From Balanoglossus misakiensis (Eukaryota > Animalia > Hemichordata), in NCBI GenBank assembly GCA_040954595.2, contig CM082595.2:8352317-8416316 (forward strand): a stretch of 64,000 nucleotides of DNA. Direction: 5' to 3'. How positions within the stretch are numbered: position 1 is the stretch's first letter; every line of letters starts with the position of its first letter. The notes beneath the pieces were generated by a model that was not told where the DNA came from, searched no databases, and was given only the letters and a program-made list of their open reading frames with translations. Positions 49,062-61,121 of the stretch are shown here, piece after piece. The translations under genes and the position numbers were made by a program.

Positions 49062-52000
49062 TGTGATGATGAGGTCATTTTAGTGTGACCTTTACTGGCT
49101 AGTAAGATTTCTTTTGTTTTGGGTGACCAGGTGTTGATGAATATTCATTTGATTGACATGTATAAATACACATGCTACCATGTGGTCAGGGGGCTATTTT
49201 TTTCGCTGGACACTGTGCCGGTAACTTCAGTGCTGGGGACTCCATGCTGCTGTTTGGGACCTTTCGCAGGCCGTTTTGTTTGACTTCAAGGACTTCAGAA
49301 GTTGTGAGTGCATGCACACCACTTGGACCTAAACCAGACTTTGCTGCTGTTTTGTTTGACTTCGAGTTGTAAGTACACACCACTCGGACTGAAACCAGAC
49401 TTTCCTGTACGTCGGAAGTCTTTGACTTTACTGCATATTTGCTGCTCGTGTGCTTCACGACTGGAGTCCTAGCTGAGTATATGGAGTGCTGTGTGTGTTG
49501 CTCAGTTTGGTTCGCATTCATTGTTTTATGACCTGTTAATCCCTTTTTGCCTGCAACTTAATTTTGTTAGTATAGCGAATAGCCATTAAATACTTTTTAT
49601 AAAAGGAAAACCACTGACTTCGCCCTTTCTGTCATAACAGAAATTGGGGGCTCGTCCGGGAGTTATTTGAATTTGTGCACTCGTTTGAAAATTGTCCAAT
49701 ATATTTGTTTCGGCTTTGTGTGAACTCGGCGGTTTTCCGACATGCCAGACTTTAGCCCTGAAGCGTTTATGAAGGAGCCCGATCAAGATGTGTTTGATTC
49801 TCTCAGAAAAGAACAGCTTATCATATTAGCACAGTTTCTAAAGGTCCCTGTTAAAAGGTCTATGAGAAAATTAGAGATACAATACAAGGTAGCGAAACAT
49901 TTGGTTGATTTGGATGCGTTTGATGAGACTGCTCTAAAATGTTACGTTTCCGAGTCTAATGAAATAGAACTTAAAAAATTAGAAACCCAGTTAGAACTTA
50001 AGAGAATTGAACTTCAAATGCAACTTGAAGAGAAGGGGAGAGAAGAAAGATTAGAACTACAACGGATGGAATTAGAAATGAAAAGATTAGAGTTAGGTGG
50101 TAGGTCAGGTTATCTTGAGACATCTTCAAGTTCGTACAGTTTTGACGTCACAAAACATTTTAAATTGGTTCCTCATTTCCAGGAGAAAGATGTCGATAAA
50201 TATTTTCTTCATTTCGAGAAAGTTGCTGAAAGTATGAAGTGGCCTAAAGAATTTTGGTGCATGCTTTTGCAGAGTGCTTTGGTTGGTAAAGCCAGAGAGG
50301 TTTACATACAATTGTCAGTTGAGCAAGCTTCTGATTATAACACTGTTAAAGAATTAATACTTAAGGGCTACGAGTTGGTCCCGGAAGCTTACCGTCAGAA
50401 GTTTCGAGATTGTGAGAAAGCAAGGGATCAAACTTATGTTGAATTCGCTCGAACAAAAGAGCAGCTGTTTGACCGTTGGTGTTTTTCTGAGAAGGTTGAT
50501 GATAAATTTGAAAAGCTACGACAGCTTGTCTTGATTGAAGAGTTCAAAAAATGTATACATGGGGATATCAGAACGTTTATCGGGGAACAAAAAGCAGAAA
50601 CGTTGGACGTTGCTTCACGTTTGGCCGATGATTATTCATTGATTCATAAAACACAGGTTGTCAACAAACCATCCCAGTCATTTTCATATAGAAATAACAC
50701 AGGGAAATTTAACTCGCTGTCTCCAAAAGATAGTCAGTTTTCGTACAAATCAAATAGCAGTTCACAAAGTTCCCGTGTGAACTCAAAGCCTACCGATGTC
50801 AAGCCACAAGTTCCCCCTACTGGAAGGCATTTTGGTACCATCACTTGTAGTTACTGTAAGAAAGAGGGTCATTTGATATCAGATTGTTTCAAATTGAAAA
50901 GAAAACGGGAAAATAATCAAAGTGCAGGATACAAGCCAACTGGCTTTATTGCTTCATCATCCAGACTTGAGTCTAATGATATTAATGATGTGGTTAACAC
51001 ATTTTCTGAGGTTGAATTTCCAGCCAAGGAAGTCAAGAGGAAATCTCACGATAGCATTATGGGTATTTTCGGACCATTTATTCATGATGGTTTTGTATCA
51101 CTTTCAAGTGATTTGTCTTGTGCGACTCCTGTTAAGATTTTAAGAGATACTGGGGCTTCTCAGTCTCTTTTGTTGGTAGATACATTGCCGTTTTCTGAAG
51201 AGTCGTTTTCAGGTTCAAACGTTCTTATTAAAGGTGTAGATTCTATTGAGTATACACCTGTTCCACTCCATAATGTGTATTTGTCTTCGGACTTAGTTTC
51301 AGGGCCTGTGACTTTGGGTATTAGGCCTTCTTTACCTTTTGAGGGGATTCACCTTCTTCTTGGAAATGACATTGCGGGGGACAGAGTTGTTACAAATACA
51401 CTTGTGACGGACAAACCTTGTCTTAATCAAGACCAAGATCCAATTGAACAGGAAATTCCTGATTTGTATCCTGCCTGTGCAGTTACTCGAGCTATGTCGA
51501 GAAAAACGTCAGAAAATCTTGATGAGTTTAAAACAAACGTCAAAGACGTTGATTTGGCTGACACGTTTCTTAGTCGAGTGTTTGATGCCCAATTAAATGA
51601 AACTCCCTCTGATCAAAGTGAAATATCTTCTAGGTCACATCTTATTGATGAACAACATAGGGATCTTGAGATTTCATGCTTGTTTGATAGAGTTACTGAT
51701 GAGACTGATATTTCATAGAATTCTGTCCGTTATTATACAAAATCTGGCATACTCATGCGTAAATGGAGACCTCCAGATGTTTTAGTAAGTGATGTTTGGG
51801 CAGTGAAACATCAAATTGTTGTTCCAAAGTCTTACCGTACAGAAATACTCCGCCTTGCCCATGAAACGCCCATGGCTGGTCACCTTGGTATAAGGAAAAC
51901 ATATCACAAAGTTCTTGGTCATTTTTACTGGCCCGGTATTCGGAAAGATGTTGCACAATTCTGTAAGTCTTGCCACACATGTCAAATGGTAGGGAAGCCA

Positions 52001-55000
52001 AATCAAACCATTCCAAAAGCTCCTTTACAGCCAATTCCTGCATTTCATGAACCATTTAGTACTCATAGATTGTGTGGGCCCCCTACCCAAAACCAGATCA
52101 GGAAATCAATATATGTTGACAATAATGTGTACAAGTACTCGCTTCCCTGAAGCCATACCTCTCAGAGATATAAAAGCTAGAACTATAGTGAAAGCTTTAG
52201 TCAAGTTTTTTACACTTTTTGGTCTTCCGAAGTCTGTCCAGTCTGATCAAGGTTCAAATTTCATGTCTGGAATTTTCCAACAAGTCATGGATCAGCTAGG
52301 CATTAAGCAGTATATGTCTTCTGCGTATCATCCTGAGAGCCAAGGTGCTCTTGAACGGTTCCATCAAACTTTGAAAAACATGATTAGGGCGTATTGTTTT
52401 GACACAGAACAGCATTGGGATGATGGGATTCATTTTCTTCTATTTGCAGTGCGAGAGTCTGTTCAAGAATCATTGGGTTTTAGCCCATTTGAACTTGTGT
52501 TTGGGCATACTGTGCGGGGACCACTTAAATTGCTTAAAGAAAAGTTCTTATCAGATGAAAGTGAGAGTTTGAACCTCTTAGAATATGTATCCGATTTTCG
52601 TAGCAGACTTTCTAGGGCGTGTGAATTGGCTAAAGAAAACCTGAAGTCATCACAAAGGTCTATGAAAGCAAAATATGATAGAAATACTTCCAAACAGAAA
52701 TTTGTGCCTGGCCAAAAGGTGCTAGTTTTTCTTCCGGTTCCCGGAAAGTCACTCCAAGCCCGCTATTTCGGTCCTTACACCATTGATAAGAAGTTGACTG
52801 ATCTAAATTATGTTGTGGTAACTCCTGACAGGCGTAAACAAAAACAGTTGTGTCATGTAAATATGCTTAAACCCTACATAGAAAGAAATAGGTCCAATAC
52901 TAAAGTTGCAGTTGCACAACCTGTCAATGCAGTCAATTCCAATATTTGTAATGATAGGGAAGTTGATTTGTGTGAAAACATTCTATGTGACCGACTGAGC
53001 ACAGCCAGACTCCAAAACTCTGATATTCTCCAAGATATGGACTCCAAGTTGTCACATCTCCATCCGTCACAGCAACAAGATGTGAAAGAACTGATTCAGG
53101 AATACAGACATTTGTTTGTGGATATTCCATCAAGGACAAACATCATTCATCACGATGTTGATGTGGGCGATTCCCGGCCAGTGAAACAACATCCATATAG
53201 ACTGAATCCCAACAAAGCGAAATACCTCCGTGAGGAGGTGGAATATTTGCTTGACAATGACTTCATTGAAAGAAGTAAAAGTAACTGGAGTTCACCCTGC
53301 ATCCTCGTTCCCAAACCTGATGGAAGCTACCGAATGTGTACGGATTACAGAAAGGTCAACGCCCTTACAAAGACAGACTCTTTTCCTATTCCCAGGATTA
53401 ACGACTGCATTGATCGAGTGGGGAAAGCCAACTATGTAACCAAATTTGATCTGCTCAAGGGCTTCTGGCAAGTCCCTCTGACAGATCATGCCCGGGAAAT
53501 ATCCGCCTTTGTTACACCCGATGGATTGTTCCAGTACAAAGTGATGCCATTTGGAATGAAAAACTCACCAGCGACATTTCAGCGCATGATGAATGACGTC
53601 ACATCTGGACTAGATGGATGCGACGCCTATGTCGACGACGTACTGATATATTCGGACACCTGGGATGAACACATGAAAATGATGCGAACGTTCTTTGAAC
53701 GATTAAGTAAAGCAAAGTTGACTGTCAATTTGACAAAAACTGCTTTTGGTTGCGCACAAGTGACATACCTAGGACACATTTTCGGTCAGGGCGAGGTAAA
53801 GCCAATTAACGCCAAAGTCAGTGCGATTTCTAATTTTCAACCGCCAAATTGTAAGAAACAGCTGATGCGCTTTCTTGGTATGGCTGGATACTATAGGAAA
53901 TTCTGTCCAAATTTCTCCACCATTTCTGAGCCTTTGACTCGTTTACTCAGAAAGAATACGAAATTCGTTTGGTCAGATCAGTGTCAGCAGTCATTCGACA
54001 AGTTGAAAGTCATACTGAGAAGTGCCCCAGTTCTCTCAGCGCCAAATTTCAGTTTTCCATTCAAATTAGCGGCAGACGCAAGTGATGTAGCCGCTGGCGC
54101 CGTTTTATTGCAAGAAGATGATCAGGGAATAGATCATCCTATTTGTTACTTTTCACGCAAGTTTAACAACTCGCAGAGAAATTACTCTACCATTGAAAAA
54201 GAGTGTTTATCATTGATATTAGCTTTACAGCAATTTGAGGTCTATGTGACTGCTTCAAATTTCCCAATAGTTGTCTACATTGATCACAACCCTCTCGTAT
54301 TTCTACAAAAAATAAGAGGCAGGAATCAAAGGTTGTTGAGATGGAGCTTGATGTTGCAGGAATTTAACCTTGACATCAGACATATCAAGGGTAAAGATAA
54401 TTTAATTGCAGACTGTCTTTCTCGCGTTTAGAATTCTAAGTAATTGTAAGAGAATTGTAAAAAAAATTTTTTGTAAAAACTTTTCTTTAAGGGGGGGGGG
54501 GGTGTGTGATGATGAGGTCATTTTAGTGTGACCTTTACTGGCTAGTAAGATTTCTTTTGTTTTGGGTGACCAGGTGTTGATGAATATTCATTTGATTGAC
54601 ATGTATAAATACACATGCTACCATGTGGTCAGGGGGCTATTTTTTTCGCTGGACACTGTGCCGGTAACTTCAGTGCTGGGGACTCCATGCTGCTGTTTGG
54701 GACCTTTCGCAGGCCGTTTTGTTTGACTTCAAGGACTTCAGAAGTTGTGAGTGCATGCACACCACTTGGACCTAAACCAGACTTTGCTGCTGTTTTGTTT
54801 GACTTCGAGTTGTAAGTACACACCACTCGGACTGAAACCAGACTTTCCTGTACGTCGGAAGTCTTTGACTTTACTGCATATTTGCTGCTCGTGTGCTTCA
54901 CGACTGGAGTCCTAGCTGAGTATATGGAGTGCTGTGTGTGTTGCTCAGTTTGGTTCGCATTCATTGTTTTATGACCTGTTAATCCCTTTTTGCCTGCAAC

Positions 55001-55082
55001 TTAATTTTGTTAGTATAGCGAATAGCCATTAAATACTTTTTATAAAAGGAAAACCACTGACTTCGCCCTTTCTGTCATAACA
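49062..55082 (+). mobile_element. Gmr1-like Ty3/Gypsy LTR retrotransposon (PR-INT-RT-RH order)
   Basis: 578-bp LTRs 49062..49639 and 54505..55082, no difference seen by eye; PBS TGGGGGCTCGTCCGGGA (tRNA-Pro); G-run PPT; flanks CTTT/TTTT. Confidence 0.96.
49742..54431 (+). pseudogene. gag-pol polyprotein (SCAN-like capsid, CCHC, protease, integrase, RT, RNase H) with one stop and one frameshift
   Basis: PEAYRQKFR, LIEEF, CSYCKKEGHLISDC, LRDTGA, HETPMAGHLG..CHTC, IDCVGPL, SDQG, ERFHQTLK, GPY, YVDD, ADAS; TAG 51716-18; shift ~52060. Confidence 0.95.
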
Positions 55083-58000
55083 TTTTGCAAAGTTGAAAAA
55101 TTGTCATTTTTGGATGATGTTCATGAGCTATAACCCATGATTTTTTTCTTCAAAAATGTGAAGAAATTTTGAACTTTCGCAAAGTCGAAAAATTGTTATT
55201 TTTGGATGATTTTCGAGAGCTAAAACCCATGTTTTTTTTTTTTCAAAAATGTGAAGAGATGTTGAACTTTCGCAAAGTAGAAATATTGTCATTTTGGACG
55301 ATTTTCATGACTATAACCCATGATTTTTTTTAAAAAAGTGAAGAAATTTAGAAATTTCGCAAAGTCGAAAACTTGTCATTTTTGGATGATGTTCATGAGC
55401 TATAACCCATGATTTTTTTCTTCAAAAATGTGAAGAAATTTTGAACTTTCGCAAAGTCGAAAACTTGTTATTTTTGGATGATTTTCGAGAGCTAAAACCC
55501 ATGTTTTTTTTTTTTAAAGCGAAGAAATGTTGAACTTTCGCAAAGTCTAAAAATAGTCATTTTTGCACGATTTTCAGGACCTATAAGCCATGATTTTCTT
55601 CAAAAAATGAAGAAATTTTGAAATTTCGCAAAGTCGAAATTTTTTTATTTTTAGGTGATTTTTATGACCCATGATTCTTTCAAAAAATGAAGAAATTTTG
55701 AACTTTCGCAATGTGGAAAAAATTATCTTTTTAGGATGATTTTCATGAGCTATAACCCATGATTTTTTTCAAAAAAGTGAAGAAATTTAGAAATTTCGCA
55801 AGGTCGAAAAATTGTAATTTTTTGATGGTTTTCATGAGCTGTAACCCATTATTTTTTTCTCCAAAAAGTGAAGAAATTTAGAAATTTCGCAAAGTCGAAA
55901 TTTTTTTATCTTTGGGTGATTTTTATGACCCATGATTTTTTTCAAAAAATGAAGACATTTTGAACTTTCAAAATGTGGAAAAATTGTCATTTTTGGATGA
56001 TGTTCATGAGCTATAACCCATGATTTTTTTCAAAAAATGAAAACAATTTGAAATTTCGCAAAGTCGAAAAATCGTAATTTTTGATGGTTTTCATAAGCTG
56101 TAACCCATGATTTTTTTCACGAAAACCTAGAAATTTTGAACATTCACAAAGTCAAACAATAGTTATTTTTTGATGGTTTTCATGAGCTGTAACCCATAAT
56201 TTTTTTCAAGAAAACGAAGAAATTTTGAACTTTCGCAATGTGGAAAAATTGTCATTTTTGGATGATTTTCATGAGCTATAACCCATGATTTTTTTCAAAA
56301 AAGTGAAGAAATTTAGAAAGTTCGCAAAGTCGAAAAATTGTCATTTTTGGATGATGTTCATGAGCTATAACCCATGATTTTTTTCTTCAAAAATGTGAAG
56401 AAATTTTGAACTTTCGTAAAGTCGAAAAATTGTTATTTTTGGATGATTTTCGAGAGCTAAACCCCATGTTTTTTTTTTCAAAAATGTGAAGAGATGTTGA
56501 ACTTTCGCAAAGTCGAAATATTGTCATTTTGGACGATTTTCATGACTATAACCCATGATTTATTTTTAAAAAGTGAAGAAATTTAGAAATTTCGCAAAGT
56601 CGAAAAATTGTCATTTTTGGATGATGTTCATGAGCTATAACCCATGATTTTTTTCAAAAAAGTGAAGAAATTTAGAAATTTCGCAAAGTCGAAATATTTT
56701 TATTTTTGGGTGATTTTTATGACCCATGATTTTTTTCAAAAAATGAAGACATTTTGAACTTTCAAAATGTGGAAAAATTGTCATTTTTGGATGATGTTCA
56801 TGAGCTATAACCCATGATTTTTTTTCAAAAAATGAAAACAATTTGAAATTTCGCAAAGTCGAAAACTCGTAATTTTTGATGGTTTTCATAAGCTGTAACC
56901 CATGATTTTTTTCACGAAAACCTAGAAATTTTGAACATTCACAAAGTCAAACAATAGTTATTTTTTGATGGTTTTCATGAGCTGTAACCCATAATTTTTT
57001 TCAAGAAAACGAAGAAATTTTGAACTTTCGCAATGTGGAAAGATTGTCATTTTTGGATGATTTTCATGAGCTATAACCCATGATTTTTTCAAAAAAGTGA
57101 AGAAATTTTGAACTTTCGCAATGTGGAAAAAGTGTATCTTTTGATGATTTTCATAAGCTATAACCCATGATTTTTTCAAAAATGTGAAGATATTTTGAAC
57201 TTTCGCAAAGTCGAAATATTGTCATTTTTGGATGATTAGCATGAGCTATAACGCATGATTTTTTTCTTCAAAAATGTGAATAAATTTTGAACTTTCGCAA
57301 TACTGAAAAATTGTAATTTTGGATGATTTTCATAAGCTATAACCCATGATTTTTTTCAAAAAGCGAAGAAATTTTGAACTTTCGCAAAGTCGAAAAATTT
57401 TAATTTTTTGATGGTTTTCATGAGCTGTAAACCATAATTTTTTTCAAGAAAATTATCTTTTTAGGATGATTTTCATGAGCTATAACCCATGATTTTTTTC
57501 AAAAAAGTGAAGAAATTTAGAAATTTCGCAAGGTCGAAAAATTGTAATTTTTTGATGGTTTTCATGAGCTGTAACCCATTATTTTTTTTTCCAAAAAGTG
57601 AAGAAATTTAGAAATTTCGCAAAGTCGAAAAATTGTTATTTTTGGTTCAAAAATGTGATGAGATGTTGAACTTTCGCAAAGTCGAAATATTGTCATTTTG
57701 GACGATTTTCATGACTCATGATTTTTTTTCAAAAAAGTGAAGGAATTTTGAATTTTCGCAAAGTCTAAAAATAGTCATTTTTGGACGATTTTCAGGACCT
57801 ATAACCCGTTATTTTCTTCAAAAAATGAAGAAATTTTGAAATTTCGCAAAGTTGAAAAATTCTCATTTTTGGATGATGTTCATTAGCTATAACCCATGAT
57901 TTTTTTCTTCAAAAATGTGAAGAAAATTTGAACTTTCGCAATGTGGACGAATTGTCATTTTTGGATAATTTTCATGAGCTATAACCCATGATTTTTTTCA

Positions 58001-59065
58001 AGAAAACGAAGAAATTTTGAACTTTCGCAATGTGGAAAGATTGTCATTTTTGGATGATTTTCATGAGCTATAACCCATGATTTTTTCAAAAAAGTGAAGA
58101 AATTTTGAACTTTCGCAATGTGGAAAAAGTGTATCTTTTGATGATTTCCATAAGCTATAACCCATGATTTTTTCAAAAATGTGAAGATATTTTGAACTTT
58201 CGCAAAGTCGAAATATTGTCATTTTTGGATGATTAGCATGAGCTATAACGCATGATTTTTTTCTTCAAAAATGTGAATAAATTTTGAACTTTCGCAATAC
58301 TGAAAAATTGTAATTTTGGATGATTTTCATAAGCTATAACCCATGATTTTTTTCAAAAAGCGAAGAAATTTTGAACTTTCGCAAAGTCGAAAAATTTTAA
58401 TTTTTTGATGGTTTTCATGAGCTGTAAACCATAATTTTTTTCAAGAAAATTATCTTTTTAGGATGATTTTCATGAGCTATAACCCATGATTTTTTTCAAA
58501 AAAGTGAAGAAATTTAGAAATTTCGCAAGGTCGAAAAATTGTAATTTTTTGATGGTTTTCATGAGCTGTAACCCATTATTTTTTTTTCCAAAAAGTGAAG
58601 AAATTTAGAAATTTCGCAAAGTCGAAAAATTGTTATTTTTGGTTCAAAAATGTGATGAGATGTTGAACTTTCGCAAAGTCGAAATATTGTCATTTTGGAC
58701 GATTTTCATGACTCATGATTTTTTTTCAAAAAAGTGAAGGAATTTTGAATTTTCGCAAAGTCTAAAAATAGTCATTTTTGGACGATTTTCAGGACCTATA
58801 ACCCGTTATTTTCTTCAAAAAATGAAGAAATTTTGAAATTTCGCAAAGTTGAAAAATTCTCATTTTTGGATGATGTTCATTAGCTATAACCCATGATTTT
58901 TTTCTTCAAAAATGTGAAGAAAATTTGAACTTTCGCAATGTGGACAAATTGTCATTTTTGGATAATTTTCATGAGCTATAACCCATGATTTTTTTCTTTT
59001 GAACTTTATGAAGGTAACCCATAATTGTTTTCAAGAAAACGAAGAAATTTTGAACTTGAAAACCG

Positions 59066-59158
59066 CTACTTTTCCATATCTTTGCATCCAGAGCAGATAT
59101 GCTTATTGCTATGTTGCTATGTCCTCAAATGGGACCACAGTGTCCTTGACGCTATTTT
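59066..59158 (+). mobile_element. Inverted copy of the HINE-like terminus plus part of a 240-bp monomer
   Basis: Reverse complement of ~61120..61219. Confidence 0.85.
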
Positions 59159-60179
59159 TTTAAAAAGTGAAGACATTTTGAACTTTCGCAAAGTCTAAAA
59201 ATAGTCATTTTTGAACAATTTTCAGGACCTATAACCTATAACACATGATTTTTTTTCAAAAATGTGAAAGTATTTTGAACTTTCGCAAAGTCGAAATATT
59301 GTCATTTTTTGATGATTTTCAAGAGCTAAAATCCATGATTTTTTTCAAAAAAGTGAAGACATTTTGAACTTTCGCAAAGTCGAAAAATTGTAATGTTTTG
59401 ATGGTTTTCATGAGCTCTAACCCATGACTTTTTTCAAAAAAGCGAAGAAATTTTGAACTTTCGCAAAATCGAAAAATTGTAATTTTTTTGATGGTTTTCA
59501 TGAGCTGTAACCCATGACTTTTTTCAAAAAATGAAGAAATTTTGAACTTCGCAAAGTCGAAAAATTGTAATGTTTTGATGGTTTTCATGAGCTGTAACCC
59601 ATGATTTTTTTTCAAGAAAACGAAGAAATTTTGAACTTTCGCAAAGTCGAAAAATTGTTATTTTTGGATGATTTTCTCTTGAAAATCATCGAAAAATAAC
59701 CCATGATTTTTCTTCCAAAAATGTGAAGAGACGTTGAACTTTCGCAAAGTCGAAATATTGTCATTTTTGGACGATTTTCATTACCCATAATTTTTTTTTC
59801 AAAAAGGTGAAGAAATTTTGAACTTTCGCAAAGTCTAAAAATAGTAATTTTTGCACGATTTTCAGGACCTATAACCCATGATTTTCTTCAAAAAAATGGA
59901 GAAATTTTGAAATTTCGCAAAGTCGTATTTTTTTTATTTTTAGGTGAATTTTATGACCCATGATTTTTTTCAAAAAAGTGAAGAAATTTTGAACTTTCGC
60001 AAAGTCGAAAAATTGGCATTTTTGGATGATTTTCATGAGCTATAACCCATGTTTTTTTTTATTTTGAAATTTCGCAAAGTAACCCATGATTTTTTTCAAA
60101 AATGAAGAAATTTTGAACTTTCGCAAAGTCGAAAAATTGTAATTTTCTGATGGTTTTCATGAGCTGTAACCCATTATTT

Positions 60180-60984
60180 TGTAGCGGTTGAATTATCAGT
60201 CTTCGCTATATTTCTGGGGACGTACGTAGATTGCATTGGTATAGACGCGATTTGATAATAGTTTGGGCATAGCAGAAACTGTTCACGTGACACTTTCCCG
60301 CGCTATCCATATTTGGTAGTTAGTTTGATACTTTTCTGCGAGTTTCTATTGGCTGACATGCCTTGTTTTCGTTGTTGAGTTTTGGGGCAGAGAGAGAGAG
60401 TAAGTGACCGTAATGGCGAAGTAGCAGTGTGTGCAGAGAGACGCGAGGAGAAAGGGTAAGAAACTCGAGCAAGGACTACGAGAGCCGTCTAGCGTGGCAA
60501 GCGCTGCTCTCAAAAGCTCGTAGTTTGCCGTTCCTAGTTCCGCGGGTGGCGATGTATCCCGTCTATTGAACTTCCTTTAGAGTACGGGCAGATCGAGACT
60601 GGAGACGAGTGAGATAGAGATTAGCAGCGTAGAACAGGGACGACGTGACCAGACTGCCGTGTTGTATTCCTTCTGAGTTGTGTTGATGAAATAAATACAG
60701 TGGGGGAAGTTGTAACCGCATTGCTGTGTGGACTGATAGTTTTGTGATAAATCCAGGCGTGTGAGGCCGCTAACCTTGCAGCGATCTCCCGGCCGCTTGA
60801 GAACTTTCTCGACCTAGGTATGGACTTATCATTGGTGGCAGCGAAAATCTATGAACCCAGCCGGACACGTCACACTCGTGACTGTCGGCGTATGTGAATA
60901 TTGGTGACAGCAGGACGGTGTACGAAATACCCGAGCATCCCGTGGCGTCCGACGGGCTGATCCGACGGCCGGGCAAACGCCACA
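60180..60984. mobile_element. Solo LTR (805 bp)
   Basis: TGTAGCG...CGCCACA termini, ATTT TSD on both sides, AATAAA near 60690, satellite phase continues across it. Confidence 0.88.
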
Positions 60985-61121
60985 ATTTTTTTCAGGAAAA
61001 CGAAGAAATTTTGAACTTTCGCAATTTGGAAAAATTGTCATTTTTGGATGTTTTTCATGAGCTATAACCCATGATTTTTTTTCAAAAAGTGAAGAAATTT
61101 AGAAATTTCGCAAAGTCGAAA

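Larger units (their letters stand above)
46690..61121. repeat. AT-rich satellite, ~80-92-bp monomer, with higher-order repeats
   Basis: GAACTTTCGCAAAGTCGAAA..AACCCATGATTTT recurs about every 90 bp; interrupted at 49062, 59066 and 60180. Confidence 0.97.

Noticed and set aside
49172-49521. ORFs repeated at 54615..54964
   Set aside because: They lie within the LTRs and show no recognisable motif
51716-51718. Programmed stop-codon readthrough
   Set aside because: It lies between protease and integrase rather than at the gag-pol boundary, and a downstream frameshift also disables pol; a nonsense mutation is simpler
46572-59615. K/F-rich short ORFs
   Set aside because: Translations of satellite monomers
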